A stretch of 64,000 nt of DNA. Source: an uncultured Bacilli bacterium. GTDB lineage: Bacteria; Bacillota_I; Bacilli_A; RF39; UBA660. This document shows positions 49,421-59,690 of the stretch, piece by piece. A program made the position numbers and the translations under genes. The notes under the pieces were generated by a model. It made no database searches, was not told the origin of the DNA, and worked only from the letters and a program-made list of their open reading frames with translations. The stretch is taken from assembly GCA_963931515.1 (NCBI GenBank), contig OZ007022.1, positions 882,122 to 946,121 on the forward strand, written 5' to 3'. Each line of letters starts with the position of its first letter. Position 1 is the first letter of the stretch.

Positions 49421-50071
49421 TTAATTTGTAATTTTACCTTCTTTTAAATATTTAACAATATCGACTTTTTCTTTGACATTGTTTGAGTGAGATATAATGA
49501 TAATACATTTTTTATCTTTATGAGCTAGATTTATGAAGATGTCTAAAACTTCTTCTTCGGTTTCTTTATCTAAGTTTCCGGTTGGTTCATCGGCTAAGAT
49601 AATACTTGGGTTATAAGCTAAGGCTCTAGCAATAGCGACACGTTGTTGCTGACCACCGGATAGAGTTAGAATTTTTTGACCCGCTTTTGATTTATCAATT
49701 CCAACTTTTTCTAGACATTCTAAGGCTTTTTGCTTTTTATCTTTTCCTTTATAACCACTGATATCCATTGATAAAATGACGTTTTCTAAAGCGGTTAAGT
49801 AAGGAAGTAAGTTATAACTTTGAAAGACAATACCAACATCATGGCACCTATAATAATCGTGATTTATTTTGTTTAAACTTTTACCGTTATAAAGTATTTC
49901 TCCTTCTTTATAGGTTTCTAAACCGGCCATTAGACTTAACAGTGTTGATTTACCAGCTCCACTTTTACCAAATATACCATATACTTTTCCTTCTTGAAAA
50001 TTTAAGTTTAAGTTTTTTAAAACATTGTCTCCATTTTTGTATGCGAAGTTTAAGTTTTTTAATTTTAAAAT
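49421..50071 (-). CDS. ABC transporter ATP-binding protein with no canonical start codon (candidate ATT start)
   Basis: Frame is open from the permease stop through Walker A (GKSGAGKSTLL) to the signature and Walker B, but has no ATG/GTG/TTG before the Walker A; AAGGAGG lies 7 nt upstream of ATT at 50069-50071. Confidence 0.65.
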   Translation of the reverse strand: MLKLKNLNFAYKNGDNVLKNLNLNFQEGKVYGIFGKSGAGKSTLLSLMAGLETYKEGEILYNGKSLNKINHDYYRCHDVGIVFQSYNLLPYLTALENVILSMDISGYKGKDKKQKALECLEKVGIDKSKAGQKILTLSGGQQQRVAIARALAYNPSIILADEPTGNLDKETEEEVLDIFINLAHKDKKCIIIISHSNNVKEKVDIVKYLKEGKITN

Positions 50072-50083
50072 AGTATCGCCTCC

Positions 50084-51511
50084 TTAAGTTTGATTTCTAA
50101 GTATTTGATTTGGATTATATTTAGTAATAAATATTGCGGATACGGAGCCACTAACTGTAACTAGAATTAAGCCAAAGCTAAATAATAGAATAATGGTTTT
50201 TGTATCTAATGTTACTTTTAGACTATCTTCATAGTTTTGATTTGCCCTTTGTTCATTTGGTCTTTCGAATCCTCTTCCACCAAAGTTTGCCCTAGTGTTT
50301 TCTGTTTGGGCTTGCTGAGACGCAATTTCGTTTTCAAGCATTTTATTAGTGACTGGCTGACTTAATAGTTTGCCTCCAATTATACCTATTATAAATGCTA
50401 TAACAGTGACGATAAAAAGTTCAGCTAGCAAGCTTAATATTAATTTGACTTTACTCATACCTATAGCTCTTAGAACACCTATTTCGTATTTTCTATCTCT
50501 AATGTTTAACATATTTATAACAGCTAATATAATAGCACCAACAATTAAAATAATGATTAAGAAGGTCATAGAAAAGTTACTGATGTTTTTAATTGGTGTT
50601 AAGGTGTTTGTAATCTCATCTGAGTTATCAGATAAGGTGTAATAATCACTTAATCCTTTTTCTTTTACTTCCTCGGTGTAGGCTTCTAAGTCATCTTGGC
50701 TTTTTAAATAAATAGTAGCGTTTAAACTGTTTGAATTATCAACTTCTTCTAAAATGTTATTGATTACTGTAATATTGGTATAAATTTGGTTTTGAGCATT
50801 TAAGACATTCATGTTCAGAAAATCTTCAGAACTACTGTCACTAGTTGTTTCAAAGATACCGGTTATTTCAAATGTGTAAGTTTTAGAAGAATCAGATGGT
50901 AAATAGAATGTTATTTCATCACCTACTTCTAAATCATTTTGGTTAGCTAACTCTTCACTAATTACGATATGATTTTCTTCGTCATCACTAGTAATCATCG
51001 AACCTGAGGTTATTTTAGAAGTGCCATTTATAAAGTTTTCAATATAAGAGGTATCTGAGTAAGCGGTTATTTTAAAGTCACCTAAGCTTTCCATATTTTG
51101 TTTGTTTTCACCTCGTCCACCAGGCATTTCTCCTTCTGGCGGAGTTTCACTATTATCTTTTGGTTCAAATTTTTCACTCATATCAATAGCATCAATTTCA
51201 TCTGATGATAAACTAGCGTCTAAGGTATAATAATAACTAGATACATAATCAGAGTTGGCATAGTTTTCAATATCGCTTACGCTAAGTTTTGTGTAAGTTG
51301 TGTTTTCATCTCTAAGTTTACTCATGTCTAATCTAAAGGATACAGCTAATTCATTTTTGTTTTTATAGCTTTCGATTAGTTTATTTCCTGATGTGTTTAT
51401 TGATAAGGCGACGGTAGAACTTAGGGCTACTACTAAAACTATTAATCCTATTAAAATGTTTCTTCCTAAATGTCTTTTTATATTAATCCAGGCATTTTTT
51501 ACAATGTACAT
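50084..51511 (-). CDS. ABC transporter permease, FtsX-like (475 aa)
   Basis: N-terminal TM, large extracytoplasmic domain, C-terminal FtsX 3-TM bundle. Confidence 0.75.
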   Translation of the reverse strand: MYIVKNAWINIKRHLGRNILIGLIVLVVALSSTVALSINTSGNKLIESYKNKNELAVSFRLDMSKLRDENTTYTKLSVSDIENYANSDYVSSYYYTLDASLSSDEIDAIDMSEKFEPKDNSETPPEGEMPGGRGENKQNMESLGDFKITAYSDTSYIENFINGTSKITSGSMITSDDEENHIVISEELANQNDLEVGDEITFYLPSDSSKTYTFEITGIFETTSDSSSEDFLNMNVLNAQNQIYTNITVINNILEEVDNSNSLNATIYLKSQDDLEAYTEEVKEKGLSDYYTLSDNSDEITNTLTPIKNISNFSMTFLIIILIVGAIILAVINMLNIRDRKYEIGVLRAIGMSKVKLILSLLAELFIVTVIAFIIGIIGGKLLSQPVTNKMLENEIASQQAQTENTRANFGGRGFERPNEQRANQNYEDSLKVTLDTKTIILLFSFGLILVTVSGSVSAIFITKYNPNQILRNQT

Positions 51512-51636
51512 TTCTCTCCTTTCACATTTTAAGTATATTTGGAATGTGTGAAATAATTATGCGTCCAAAGTGAAAAAAAGGAGAAAATAATCTAGGCAAA
51601 GGCATAAAAATATTATATAATATAGTTGTTTGATGT

Positions 51637-51712
51637 GCTGGAGTAGCTCAGTTGGTAGAGCAGCTGTCTCGTAATCAGCAGGTCGCAGGTTCAAGTCCTG
51701 TTTCCAGCACCA
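51637..51712 (+). tRNA. tRNA-Thr (anticodon CGU)
   Basis: GCTGGAGTAGCTCAGTTGGTAGAGC...anticodon loop CTCGTAA...GGTTCAAGTCC...CCAGCACCA; 76 nt with encoded CCA. Confidence 0.85.
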
Positions 51713-51722
51713 TATGAAAATA

Positions 51723-51747
51723 AACCGTTGAAGATCAACGGTTTTTA
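51723..51747 (+). terminator. Rho-independent terminator after tRNA-Thr
   Basis: aaccgttga-aga-tcaacggtt followed by TTTTT. Confidence 0.65.
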
Positions 51748-51812
51748 TGTTTAATTAGTACAAGTTTTATTTATATAATTTTACAACGTTTTTGAATTAG
51801 TTTGAATTGCAT

Positions 51813-52184
51813 CTAATTTATGTCACTTTGCCAAAGACCATGTTTATTACAGTAAGCATAAACTTTAGCATTTTCTTTATAATCAAATATCCAAATTGGT
51901 TCATCACCTGGTTTAAAGTTATGAATTTCCACTGTATTATCATACTTTAAAGCAACAAAATTAATATAATGATCTTCATCCATTGGATGTAATACCTCAC
52001 CTACTTTAACAATAATTTTATTATCTCTTACTTCAGCAGTTGGAACGTGTTTTTCTAAAGCTGCATCTACTGAACCAGCAGCTAATTCTTCCATTGGCTC
52101 ACCACAACACATTAGTGTTCCTTTACCATTTACTACTAAGGCAACGACGTTGCCACATTTTTTACATAAATAAAATTTTACCAT
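51813..52184 (-). CDS. Desulfoferrodoxin (superoxide reductase)
   Basis: N-terminal desulforedoxin Cys cluster (CKKCGN...CCGEPM) and C-terminal neelaredoxin site (CNKHGLW). Confidence 0.8.
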   Translation of the reverse strand: MVKFYLCKKCGNVVALVVNGKGTLMCCGEPMEELAAGSVDAALEKHVPTAEVRDNKIIVKVGEVLHPMDEDHYINFVALKYDNTVEIHNFKPGDEPIWIFDYKENAKVYAYCNKHGLWQSDIN

Positions 52185-52628
52185 TTTTACATCTCCATTC
52201 TTATTATATTTACATTATCATTTTATATGTTTATGGGGCTTTAGTCAACTTATCGGCACCAAAAAACATGCTTTTCTGTCATAAAGCATGCTTTTGGATG
52301 GTTTTTAGAGAAATTATAAGATTATAATGACAGTTATAACTTATAATCTTTATCAAGTCCCCATATATGCGCATATTACTTAATAGCTTGATTGATAATT
52401 GCGCTTCTTTCTTCCCCTATACTAAACTTCCACATATAAGGTAAGCAAAGAAGAATTAGATACTACTTACAAAATAAATTTTTAATAGGTAATAAATACA
52501 GATTAAAATTTTAAATTGTAAGATAGGTGATTAATTTTTTTTCGCTATCCTATTAAGTAATTTCATAATATCATCTTTATTTATAGATGTCAATATATGT
52601 TTTGTAATAAGTTTTTAATTTTTAAAAT

Positions 52629-52657
52629 TTGACATATTATGTGTAAATGCTTATAAC
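52629..52657 (+). promoter_or_regulatory. Sigma-A-type promoter candidate in a 690-bp non-coding region
   Basis: TTGACA, 17-nt spacer, TATAAC; no annotated plus-strand gene downstream. Confidence 0.35.
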
Positions 52658-52825
52658 TCTTTGAAGTGAGTAATTGTACATTTTATCATTATGCTTAATA
52701 ATGTTTTTATGTTAGCTAAAATGAATAAAATCTTGTTTTTTTTATTATAAATCATAGTAATTTCCCCTAGCGGGAGTGTATTATAACATCGTTAGTATTA
52801 CTTGTCAAATATACATAAAGAGAAA

Positions 52826-52862
52826 TGTTAAAATAAAAAGTCTTGAAATGAAAAACAAGACT
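52826..52862 (-). terminator. Rho-independent terminator after tRNA-Leu
   Basis: agtcttg / caagact hairpin followed on the minus strand by TTTTATTTT. Confidence 0.55.
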
Positions 52863-52875
52863 ATTAATTACAATT

Positions 52876-52962
52876 TGGTGCATGAGATGGGACTTGAACC
52901 CACACAAGGAAATCCTCACTACCCCCTCAAAGTAGCGCGTCTACCTATTCCGCCACCCATGC
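52876..52962 (-). tRNA. tRNA-Leu (anticodon GAG)
   Basis: Reverse complement: GCATGGGTGGCGGAATAGGTAGACGC...anticodon loop TTGAGGG...long variable arm...GGTTCAAGTCCC...CATGCACCA; 87 nt. Confidence 0.8.
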
Positions 52963-52973
52963 ATTTGAACTAA

Positions 52974-53369
52974 CTAATCAGTAGTTAGTTCTACGTTCAT
53001 ATTTGTAATGCCACCTAGGTCATATATTTTTGTATATCCCATTTTTTCTAATGTTTTAGCAGTTTCACTACTTCTCACACCGGTTCGACAATAAACGGCT
53101 ATGGCTTTATCTTTGTCATAATTAACTTCATTTTCTATTTCGGTATCTGGGATATTAATAGCTCCTTTTATATGACCTGATTCATATTCTTCCTTAGTTC
53201 TAACATCAATTATAGTAATATTTTTATCTTGAATGATTTGTGATATTTCTTCAGATGTTGGAGTTTGAATTACCGATTTACTGTTTCCACCTAAGGTCAT
53301 TACAATAAACACAGCAACAATTAAAAGAATTATTAAAAACACAAATATTAGATTTTTATTTTTTTTCAT
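52974..53369 (-). CDS. Rhodanese-domain protein (membrane-anchored sulfurtransferase)
   Basis: N-terminal TM and rhodanese active-site loop CRTGVRS. Confidence 0.7.
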   Translation of the reverse strand: MKKNKNLIFVFLIILLIVAVFIVMTLGGNSKSVIQTPTSEEISQIIQDKNITIIDVRTKEEYESGHIKGAINIPDTEIENEVNYDKDKAIAVYCRTGVRSSETAKTLEKMGYTKIYDLGGITNMNVELTTD

Positions 53370-53374
53370 TATAT

Positions 53375-54691
53375 TTATCCTTTCAAAGCTTTAAACATTT
53401 TTTTCCATAAGTTTTTAGATGAATAATTTAATATACCTACTTTATAAATACGCATACCATATTTGAGTAAGGCCCAAATAGTTATTATCAATAAAATAAT
53501 GGCAATAACAACTTCGGCGATTCCAATTTGACCTAGCATTAATAATGATGGAGCTAAAATTGCTGATATGAATGGAATAAATGATAGTATTTTTATGAAT
53601 ATTGATCCTTCAAACATTCCAGCCATCATAGCTAGATAATAGCCGATTAATGATATGATGACGATTGGCATTTGCATTTGCTGGAAGTCTTCGATGTTTG
53701 TAGTCATAGACGCTAGAATTCCGGCTAATAGAGCATAAGCTATAAATGTCAATATCATTAGTATTAAAGCAAGTGGAATAATGTAGGCTAAATTACTAGC
53801 AATATCACTTTTAATTATGGTATCTATAATAGAATTTATATCTATACCACTAGAGGATAATGGCGTTCCAATAATTTTTCTAACACCAAATCCTATTATA
53901 ACATAAATCACTAATAATATAGCTTGAAATAAAACGAATAAGTTACTAGCCAATACTTTAGAAAAAAGATGTGTTTTTGGAGATACATTAGAGATGATGA
54001 TTTCCATGCCTCTGGTTGTTTTTTCGTCGTTGATTTCCGCTCCGACCATTTGTACTAAAAATATAGTTAAGGTAAAAAATGGAAGGATTAAAAGTGGAAA
54101 TATGGTACTCATAATCATCTGCATGTTTTCACCTTCGGTTTTTTTACTTTCATCAAGTATTTCTCTTTCAATATTTAGAGGTTCAGATATTTTAGCAAGT
54201 TCATTTGGGTCAATATTACTTTCTTGCATGGCAATGGTTGTTTTAGTGTTATTTAAAATTGTTGATATACCAGTATATAAAGATGTGTTTACGTATCCTT
54301 CGGTTATTAATGTAGCTTTGATATAGTTTGTTTCATCATTATCTATTTTTAAGTACCAAGCATCTTTATTTTCATTATCTTTAAATATTTCATCTGATGT
54401 TTTGTTTGTCTTTTCTAATTTGAAAGCATTTTCTTCATCGTTTGTGAGATTTTTGTAAGAATCGTTTTGTGCTTTTAAAATATCATATGTTTTATTAGTG
54501 TTATCTTGGACATAAATTATTTGAGTTTCATCAAAGTCACCACCAAAAAAGCTTATTACAGAATCTATATTTAAAAGACCGATAATTAAAATAGCAAATA
54601 TTACATTAGCAATTACAAACCATTTAGTATTTATTTTTCTTCTTAAGCTGATTTTGGTTAAAAATTTTAGTTTATTTGTCATAGGTTTCAC
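53375..54691 (-). CDS. ABC-2 type transporter permease
   Basis: N-terminal TM, extracytoplasmic domain, C-terminal 5-6 TM bundle; overlaps the ATPase gene. Confidence 0.65.
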   Translation of the reverse strand: MKPMTNKLKFLTKISLRRKINTKWFVIANVIFAILIIGLLNIDSVISFFGGDFDETQIIYVQDNTNKTYDILKAQNDSYKNLTNDEENAFKLEKTNKTSDEIFKDNENKDAWYLKIDNDETNYIKATLITEGYVNTSLYTGISTILNNTKTTIAMQESNIDPNELAKISEPLNIEREILDESKKTEGENMQMIMSTIFPLLILPFFTLTIFLVQMVGAEINDEKTTRGMEIIISNVSPKTHLFSKVLASNLFVLFQAILLVIYVIIGFGVRKIIGTPLSSSGIDINSIIDTIIKSDIASNLAYIIPLALILMILTFIAYALLAGILASMTTNIEDFQQMQMPIVIISLIGYYLAMMAGMFEGSIFIKILSFIPFISAILAPSLLMLGQIGIAEVVIAIILLIITIWALLKYGMRIYKVGILNYSSKNLWKKMFKALKG

Positions 54692-55571
54692 CTACTGTTT
54701 CAATAAATATTTCATTTAAGCTTGGTTCTTCAACACTAAATTTAGTGATGTTTTTTCCTTTACTTACTACTTCAAATACTTTACTGGCAATGCTTTCGTC
54801 ACTTATTTTTATTTGATATTTTAAATTATCTAAAGTGACTGATAAAACACCAGGGATTTTTTTGATTTTATCTACATCAATATCTCCGACTACTTCTACA
54901 GTTTTTTTACGAAATTTTCGTTTGATATCTTTTAGGTCTCCAGATAAAACAGTTTTCCCATTTTTTAAAACAACTAGTTTTTTACAAAATAATTCGACGT
55001 GCTCCATCCGGTGAGATGAGAAAATGATAATACTTCCATTATTTGCCATTTCTTTTATTTCGTTTTTAAACATTTCAACATTGAAAGGATCTAGTCCAGA
55101 AAAAGGTTCATCTAATATTAATAATTTGGGATTGTTTATTATAGCTGTAATGAACTGGATTTTTTGTTGATTACCTTTAGATAGTTCTTTGATTTTTTTA
55201 TCTTTATATTCTTCGATTTTGAATTTTTTTAATAATTCATCTAGTTTATTTAAAATATTTTTTTCTTGCATACCTTTTAAAGTTCCGTAATAGATGGCTT
55301 GCTCTTTAACAGTCATTTTAGTTAGTAAACTACGTTCTTCTGTTAAAAAACCGATTTGATCGGTTATGTTATAATCAATTAGATGTTCATCTAGGGTGAT
55401 TTTGCCACTAGTTGGTTTTAGAAGGCCTACTATCATTCTAAAGGTAGTTGTTTTTCCAGCTCCGTTAACACCTAATAGGCCGAATATTTCACCAGGTTTT
55501 ACTTCAAATGATAGGTTATCAACGGCTAAAAAATCTCCATAGTATTTAGTTATATTTTCTACTTTTAGCAT
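54672..55571 (-). CDS. ABC transporter ATP-binding protein
   Basis: Walker A GVNGAGKTT, signature LSKGNQQK, Walker B LILDEPFSGLD. Confidence 0.85.
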   Translation of the reverse strand: MLKVENITKYYGDFLAVDNLSFEVKPGEIFGLLGVNGAGKTTTFRMIVGLLKPTSGKITLDEHLIDYNITDQIGFLTEERSLLTKMTVKEQAIYYGTLKGMQEKNILNKLDELLKKFKIEEYKDKKIKELSKGNQQKIQFITAIINNPKLLILDEPFSGLDPFNVEMFKNEIKEMANNGSIIIFSSHRMEHVELFCKKLVVLKNGKTVLSGDLKDIKRKFRKKTVEVVGDIDVDKIKKIPGVLSVTLDNLKYQIKISDESIASKVFEVVSKGKNITKFSVEEPSLNEIFIETVGETYDK

Positions 55572-55580
55572 ATATTTCTC

Positions 55581-56630
55581 CTACTTTATTAATCTTATAA
55601 TGTCATTATAGGTTATTAATATCATTAGGGCCATCAATAAGAAGAATCCTATTGAATGAATGGTGTTTTCAAGTCTTGGGTCAACTGGTTTTCCTTTTAT
55701 TTTTTCAATTATAATGAATAATAGTCTACCACCATCGAAGGCGGGAATTGGTAATAAGTTAATTAAACCAACATTTACACTTAATAAAGCAGTTAAGCTT
55801 AGTATTGACCAAATTCCACTATTGGCAGCGGTTCCAACGATGCTGAAAATACCGACTGGACCTGATAAAGCATTGATGTTTAAGTTACCAGTTATTAGAT
55901 AACCAATAATTAAAATCATTTGGTGAAGTAAGCTAAAGGTTTTTGAAAAAGCATATTTTACCGATGCGAAGAAACCTGTTTGAACTTCATCAGTGATGGC
56001 AAAACCATATTTATATACTTCTTCACCATCTTGCTTAACTTTTTTTGGTTTTAAATTAATGGTCTCAGTTTTTCCATTTCTTTCAACTTCCATTTTTATA
56101 GTTTTTCCATTATTTACTTGAAGTTGTAGAGCAAGTGTATCATAAGTACTAGCATCTTTACCGTTTACTTTTAAAATTCTATCACCTGTTTGTAATCCAG
56201 AAGTATAAGCTGGATAATCTTCACTTATTTCACCTACAATGGCTTTATTTTGTGGAGCTCCAGTGAATAAAGCAATTATGAAGAAAAGGACAATGGCTAA
56301 GATGAAATTATTCATAATACCGGCAATGACGGTCATGAATTTTTGACCAAACGTTTTAACAGAGAATTTCATGTTTTTAGGAACATTTGGGTCGTCATCT
56401 ATTTCTTCACCGGCCATTTGGACGAAACCACCAATTGGAATTAATCTTAGCGAATATTCTGTTTCGTCGTTTTTTCTTGTCCATTTATGGATTCTTGGAC
56501 CCATACCAATTGAAAATTCATAAACATATATGCCAGATTTTTTAGCAAATATAAAATGTCCGAATTCATGAATTAAAACTATTACTCCTAATATTAAAAT
56601 AAAGCAAATTAAATTTATAATAAATGTCAT
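55581..56630 (-). CDS. rseP: Site-2 (RIP) zinc metalloprotease RseP/RasP
   Basis: HEFGHF zinc motif in TM1, central PDZ domain, C-terminal LDGG motif (PAFDGGRL). Confidence 0.8.
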   Translation of the reverse strand: MTFIINLICFILILGVIVLIHEFGHFIFAKKSGIYVYEFSIGMGPRIHKWTRKNDETEYSLRLIPIGGFVQMAGEEIDDDPNVPKNMKFSVKTFGQKFMTVIAGIMNNFILAIVLFFIIALFTGAPQNKAIVGEISEDYPAYTSGLQTGDRILKVNGKDASTYDTLALQLQVNNGKTIKMEVERNGKTETINLKPKKVKQDGEEVYKYGFAITDEVQTGFFASVKYAFSKTFSLLHQMILIIGYLITGNLNINALSGPVGIFSIVGTAANSGIWSILSLTALLSVNVGLINLLPIPAFDGGRLLFIIIEKIKGKPVDPRLENTIHSIGFFLLMALMILITYNDIIRLIK

Positions 56631-56642
56631 ATAATCTCCCCT

Positions 56643-57440
56643 TTATATAATTGTGATAAAGAACATAAATCCTAACAATACAAAGATAATACTATCTAAT
56701 CTATCTAAGATGCCACCATGTCCTGGTATAAGGTTTGAAAAGTCTTTTTTACCAAAGTATCTTTTGATAGCTGAGAATACTAAGTCACCGTATTGTCCTA
56801 ATAAGGATAGGAATGTACAGATGGCTAGTAATTCAATTTTTGAGAAATTTGGATCTATTACTGTGTGATGGAACATCGCACCGATAAAGACACCCATTAT
56901 TGTTCCACCTATCATGCCTTCGACGGTTTTCTTTGGTGAAATTTCAGCAAGAAGTGGGTGTTTACCAATTAACATTCCTGTTATATAAGCAAAAATATCA
57001 GTAGCCATTGGGATTATAAGTAAGAATATTAATAAGTTTATGTCAATAGAACGAATCAATATTAATAGTGACATGGATATTCCTAAGAAAAGTAAGCCGC
57101 CTATTAGATAAAAGGCATCGTTGATACTATATTTAGAACGTTCATGGTAAAATACTGTTGGTATTAGAAAAGCCATGAAAAGTGCGGATAAAATTCTATA
57201 ATCTAGTGTGAATACTCCTGATAAGTCTTTAGAATTAAAGGCAATTAGTATCGTTATAAAAATATATGCGATTAATTGAATAAAAATTGGACTTTGTTTT
57301 TTTGTGGCTTTAGTATCTAGAAATTCTTTTAGGGCGATTATAGAAATTACATATACCCCTAAATTAAAGACTGTACCTCCATAATAAATTAAAGGAATTA
57401 TAATAGCAAGAGCAATGATTGCACTAATTACTCTGGTTTT
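56643..57440 (-). CDS. cdsA: Phosphatidate cytidylyltransferase CdsA
   Basis: C-terminal signature SAIKRYFGKKDFSNLIPGHGGILDRLDS; start taken at MKTRVISAI. Confidence 0.8.
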   Translation of the reverse strand, partial: KTRVISAIIALAIIIPLIYYGGTVFNLGVYVISIIALKEFLDTKATKKQSPIFIQLIAYIFITILIAFNSKDLSGVFTLDYRILSALFMAFLIPTVFYHERSKYSINDAFYLIGGLLFLGISMSLLILIRSIDINLLIFLLIIPMATDIFAYITGMLIGKHPLLAEISPKKTVEGMIGGTIMGVFIGAMFHHTVIDPNFSKIELLAICTFLSLLGQYGDLVFSAIKRYFGKKDFSNLIPGHGGILDRLDSIIFVLLGFMFFITII

Positions 57441-58155
57441 CATAATCAATACCTCCAAATCTTCTATCACGTTTTGTGTATTCTAATATGGCTTTATCAA
57501 ACTCTTTTTCATCAAAGTCTGGAAAATATGTTTTAGGAAAATAAAATTCTGCATAAGAGTTTTGCCAAAGCATGAAATTACTTAGTCTTTGCTCACCAGA
57601 TGTTCTAATCATTAAATCGACAGGTGGCAGGTCTTGATATAAGTATTTACTATAGTTATTTTCATCTAGTTTGTTTATATCTAATTTATTATTTTGAACA
57701 TCATTTACTATTTTTTTAGTGGCATCAATTATTTCAGCGTGGCCACCATAATTGAAACAAATGTTGAAGGTTCTACCTTCATACATTTTAGTTTCATCTT
57801 CTATTTCTTGCATGGCTTTTAAAACCTTGCTTGAAAGGTTTTCTTTTCTTCCTGAGAAAACAGCTTTTATTTTTTCTTCATGACAGAAGTTTAAAATATC
57901 TTTTAATTGATTAGTTAATAATCCCATAATAAAGGATACTTCAGCTTTACTTCTTTTAAAGTTTTCCGTTGAAAATAAATATGCACTTATATAGTGTATA
58001 TCTTTAGAGAAAATATAGGCAGTTAACTTTTTTAGGTTTAAAAATCCTTGTTTATGCCCCTCACTTCTATTCATTCCTCTTTCAGTTGCCCATCTACCGT
58101 TACCATCGACGATGAGGGCGACGTGATTTGGAACTTTTAATTTTGAATAATCCAT
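57424..58155 (-). CDS. uppS: Isoprenyl transferase (undecaprenyl-diphosphate synthase UppS)
   Basis: HVALIVDGNGRWA and conserved C-terminal RxG/ELW-type region (EQRLSNFMLWQNSYAEFYF). Confidence 0.85.
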   Translation of the reverse strand: MDYSKLKVPNHVALIVDGNGRWATERGMNRSEGHKQGFLNLKKLTAYIFSKDIHYISAYLFSTENFKRSKAEVSFIMGLLTNQLKDILNFCHEEKIKAVFSGRKENLSSKVLKAMQEIEDETKMYEGRTFNICFNYGGHAEIIDATKKIVNDVQNNKLDINKLDENNYSKYLYQDLPPVDLMIRTSGEQRLSNFMLWQNSYAEFYFPKTYFPDFDEKEFDKAILEYTKRDRRFGGIDYENQSN

Positions 58156-58334
58156 TTTACTACCTCACTATCCATTATTAATTATAATATATTTTTATGT
58201 TTAAAACAACGATATTAAAGATTTTTAGTTTGGTTTACAAAAAATAACAAAAAATAAGAACATTAATAAAGGGTTAAAATGTTCTTATTATGTATTTGAT
58301 TATTCAATTGTGTATTATCGGAGTTCTCCGATAA

Positions 58335-58424
58335 TATACATTATCGTAGATTTTTAGTTATCGGAGAAAATGAAAGAAATCCTTATGATTAAAGGGTTTC
58401 TTTTTGACTTTTCTCCGATAACAA
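58335..58424. repeat. RIT left terminal inverted repeat
   Basis: Reverse complement of 61581-61670 with one mismatch; preceded by an extra 20-bp palindrome (58315-58334, TTATCGGAG/TTCTCCGATAA). Confidence 0.8.
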
Positions 58425-58466
58425 TTATAATAGTTTCCGCTGGCAAAGTGTCAGTAAGGAAGGAGT

Positions 58467-59690
58467 GTGTATATGAATACACAAGATTTTAAAATTTATA
58501 TTAAAAATATTAGGAAGGAGGCATTAGAAATTGGATATTCTATTAAAACGATGGATGGATATTTAGTGATATGGAATAAATTCATTAAATGGAAAAATGA
58601 AATTCATTTTGTATATGATGAAAAAGAATACTCTAAATTTTTGTTTGATTATTATCATTTTGATGTTAGTAAATTTACTAATAAATCTAAGTCTAGACAT
58701 CAACAATTAATGAGATCAAAAAGAATACTAGATAATTTTGATAGTTATAAAATACATATACTTAAAAGAAGCTTGCCTAAAGCATTATATTCTAATTATC
58801 CTAGTAATTGGAATATAATTTTAGATGGTTATTTAAATTATTTAAAAAATGTAAGACAAAATAGCGATAACAGTATTAAAATCAAAGGAGATTATTTAGT
58901 TCATTTGCTATCTTATTTTTATCAAAATAAAATAAATGATTTAAAACAATTATCTAAATTAGATATTACAAATTTTATAAATAAAGTGGTAGAAAAAGGT
59001 AATATTTCCAAAAGAAGAAACTTCTATGTTCTAGGTGACTTTTTAAAATATTTATTTATAGAAAATATTCTACTTGAAGATTTATCTGTTTATGTTCCAA
59101 GAATTAATCGAAGAAAGAAAAGAAAACTACCAACTTATTTAAAACAAGAAAATATTGAAAAGTTGCTTGAAAGCATTCCGAAATTAAAAAAGGTTGATAT
59201 CAGAAATTATGCCATCATCTTACTTGCCGCAAGACTGGGACTTAGACTAAGTGATATTTTAAATATTAAACTAAAAGATATTGATTGGAAAAATAAAAAA
59301 ATAAATATTATACAGCCTAAAACTAATAACTTAAATATACTCCCTTTATCTAAAGAGGTTGGGTGGGCCATTATTGATTATATTAATAAAGCTAGGCCTA
59401 AATGTAATAATGAATACTTGTTCATCAAAATGCATTATCCGTTTGAAAAAATGGAACAATTTACTGATTTTAATAAATATTTTGATAAGTGTGATTTTAA
59501 GCAAAAAGATACAAAAAAAGGAATTCATAATCTAAGACATTCCCTCGCAACCAATCTATTAGATAATGATATTCCTATTCACATTATTTCATCAGTCTTA
59601 GGTCATACATCTACTGATACTACCTCTAATACATATCTAAAGATTGACCTTAAAAATCTTAAAAAAGTATGTTTGGAGGTAGATGAATAA
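58467..59690 (+). CDS. Tyrosine recombinase, RIT subunit A-like (407 aa)
   Basis: Catalytic R..H..R..Y region (HNLRHSLATNLL ... GHTSTDTTSNTYLK). Confidence 0.75.
   Translation: MYMNTQDFKIYIKNIRKEALEIGYSIKTMDGYLVIWNKFIKWKNEIHFVYDEKEYSKFLFDYYHFDVSKFTNKSKSRHQQLMRSKRILDNFDSYKIHILKRSLPKALYSNYPSNWNIILDGYLNYLKNVRQNSDNSIKIKGDYLVHLLSYFYQNKINDLKQLSKLDITNFINKVVEKGNISKRRNFYVLGDFLKYLFIENILLEDLSVYVPRINRRKKRKLPTYLKQENIEKLLESIPKLKKVDIRNYAIILLAARLGLRLSDILNIKLKDIDWKNKKINIIQPKTNNLNILPLSKEVGWAIIDYINKARPKCNNEYLFIKMHYPFEKMEQFTDFNKYFDKCDFKQKDTKKGIHNLRHSLATNLLDNDIPIHIISSVLGHTSTDTTSNTYLKIDLKNLKKVCLEVDE

Noticed and set aside
52313-52346. PerR box upstream of the desulfoferrodoxin gene
   Set aside because: The inverted repeat has 13-nt spacing, not the 7-1-7 PerR/Fur architecture; kept only as an unexplained palindrome.
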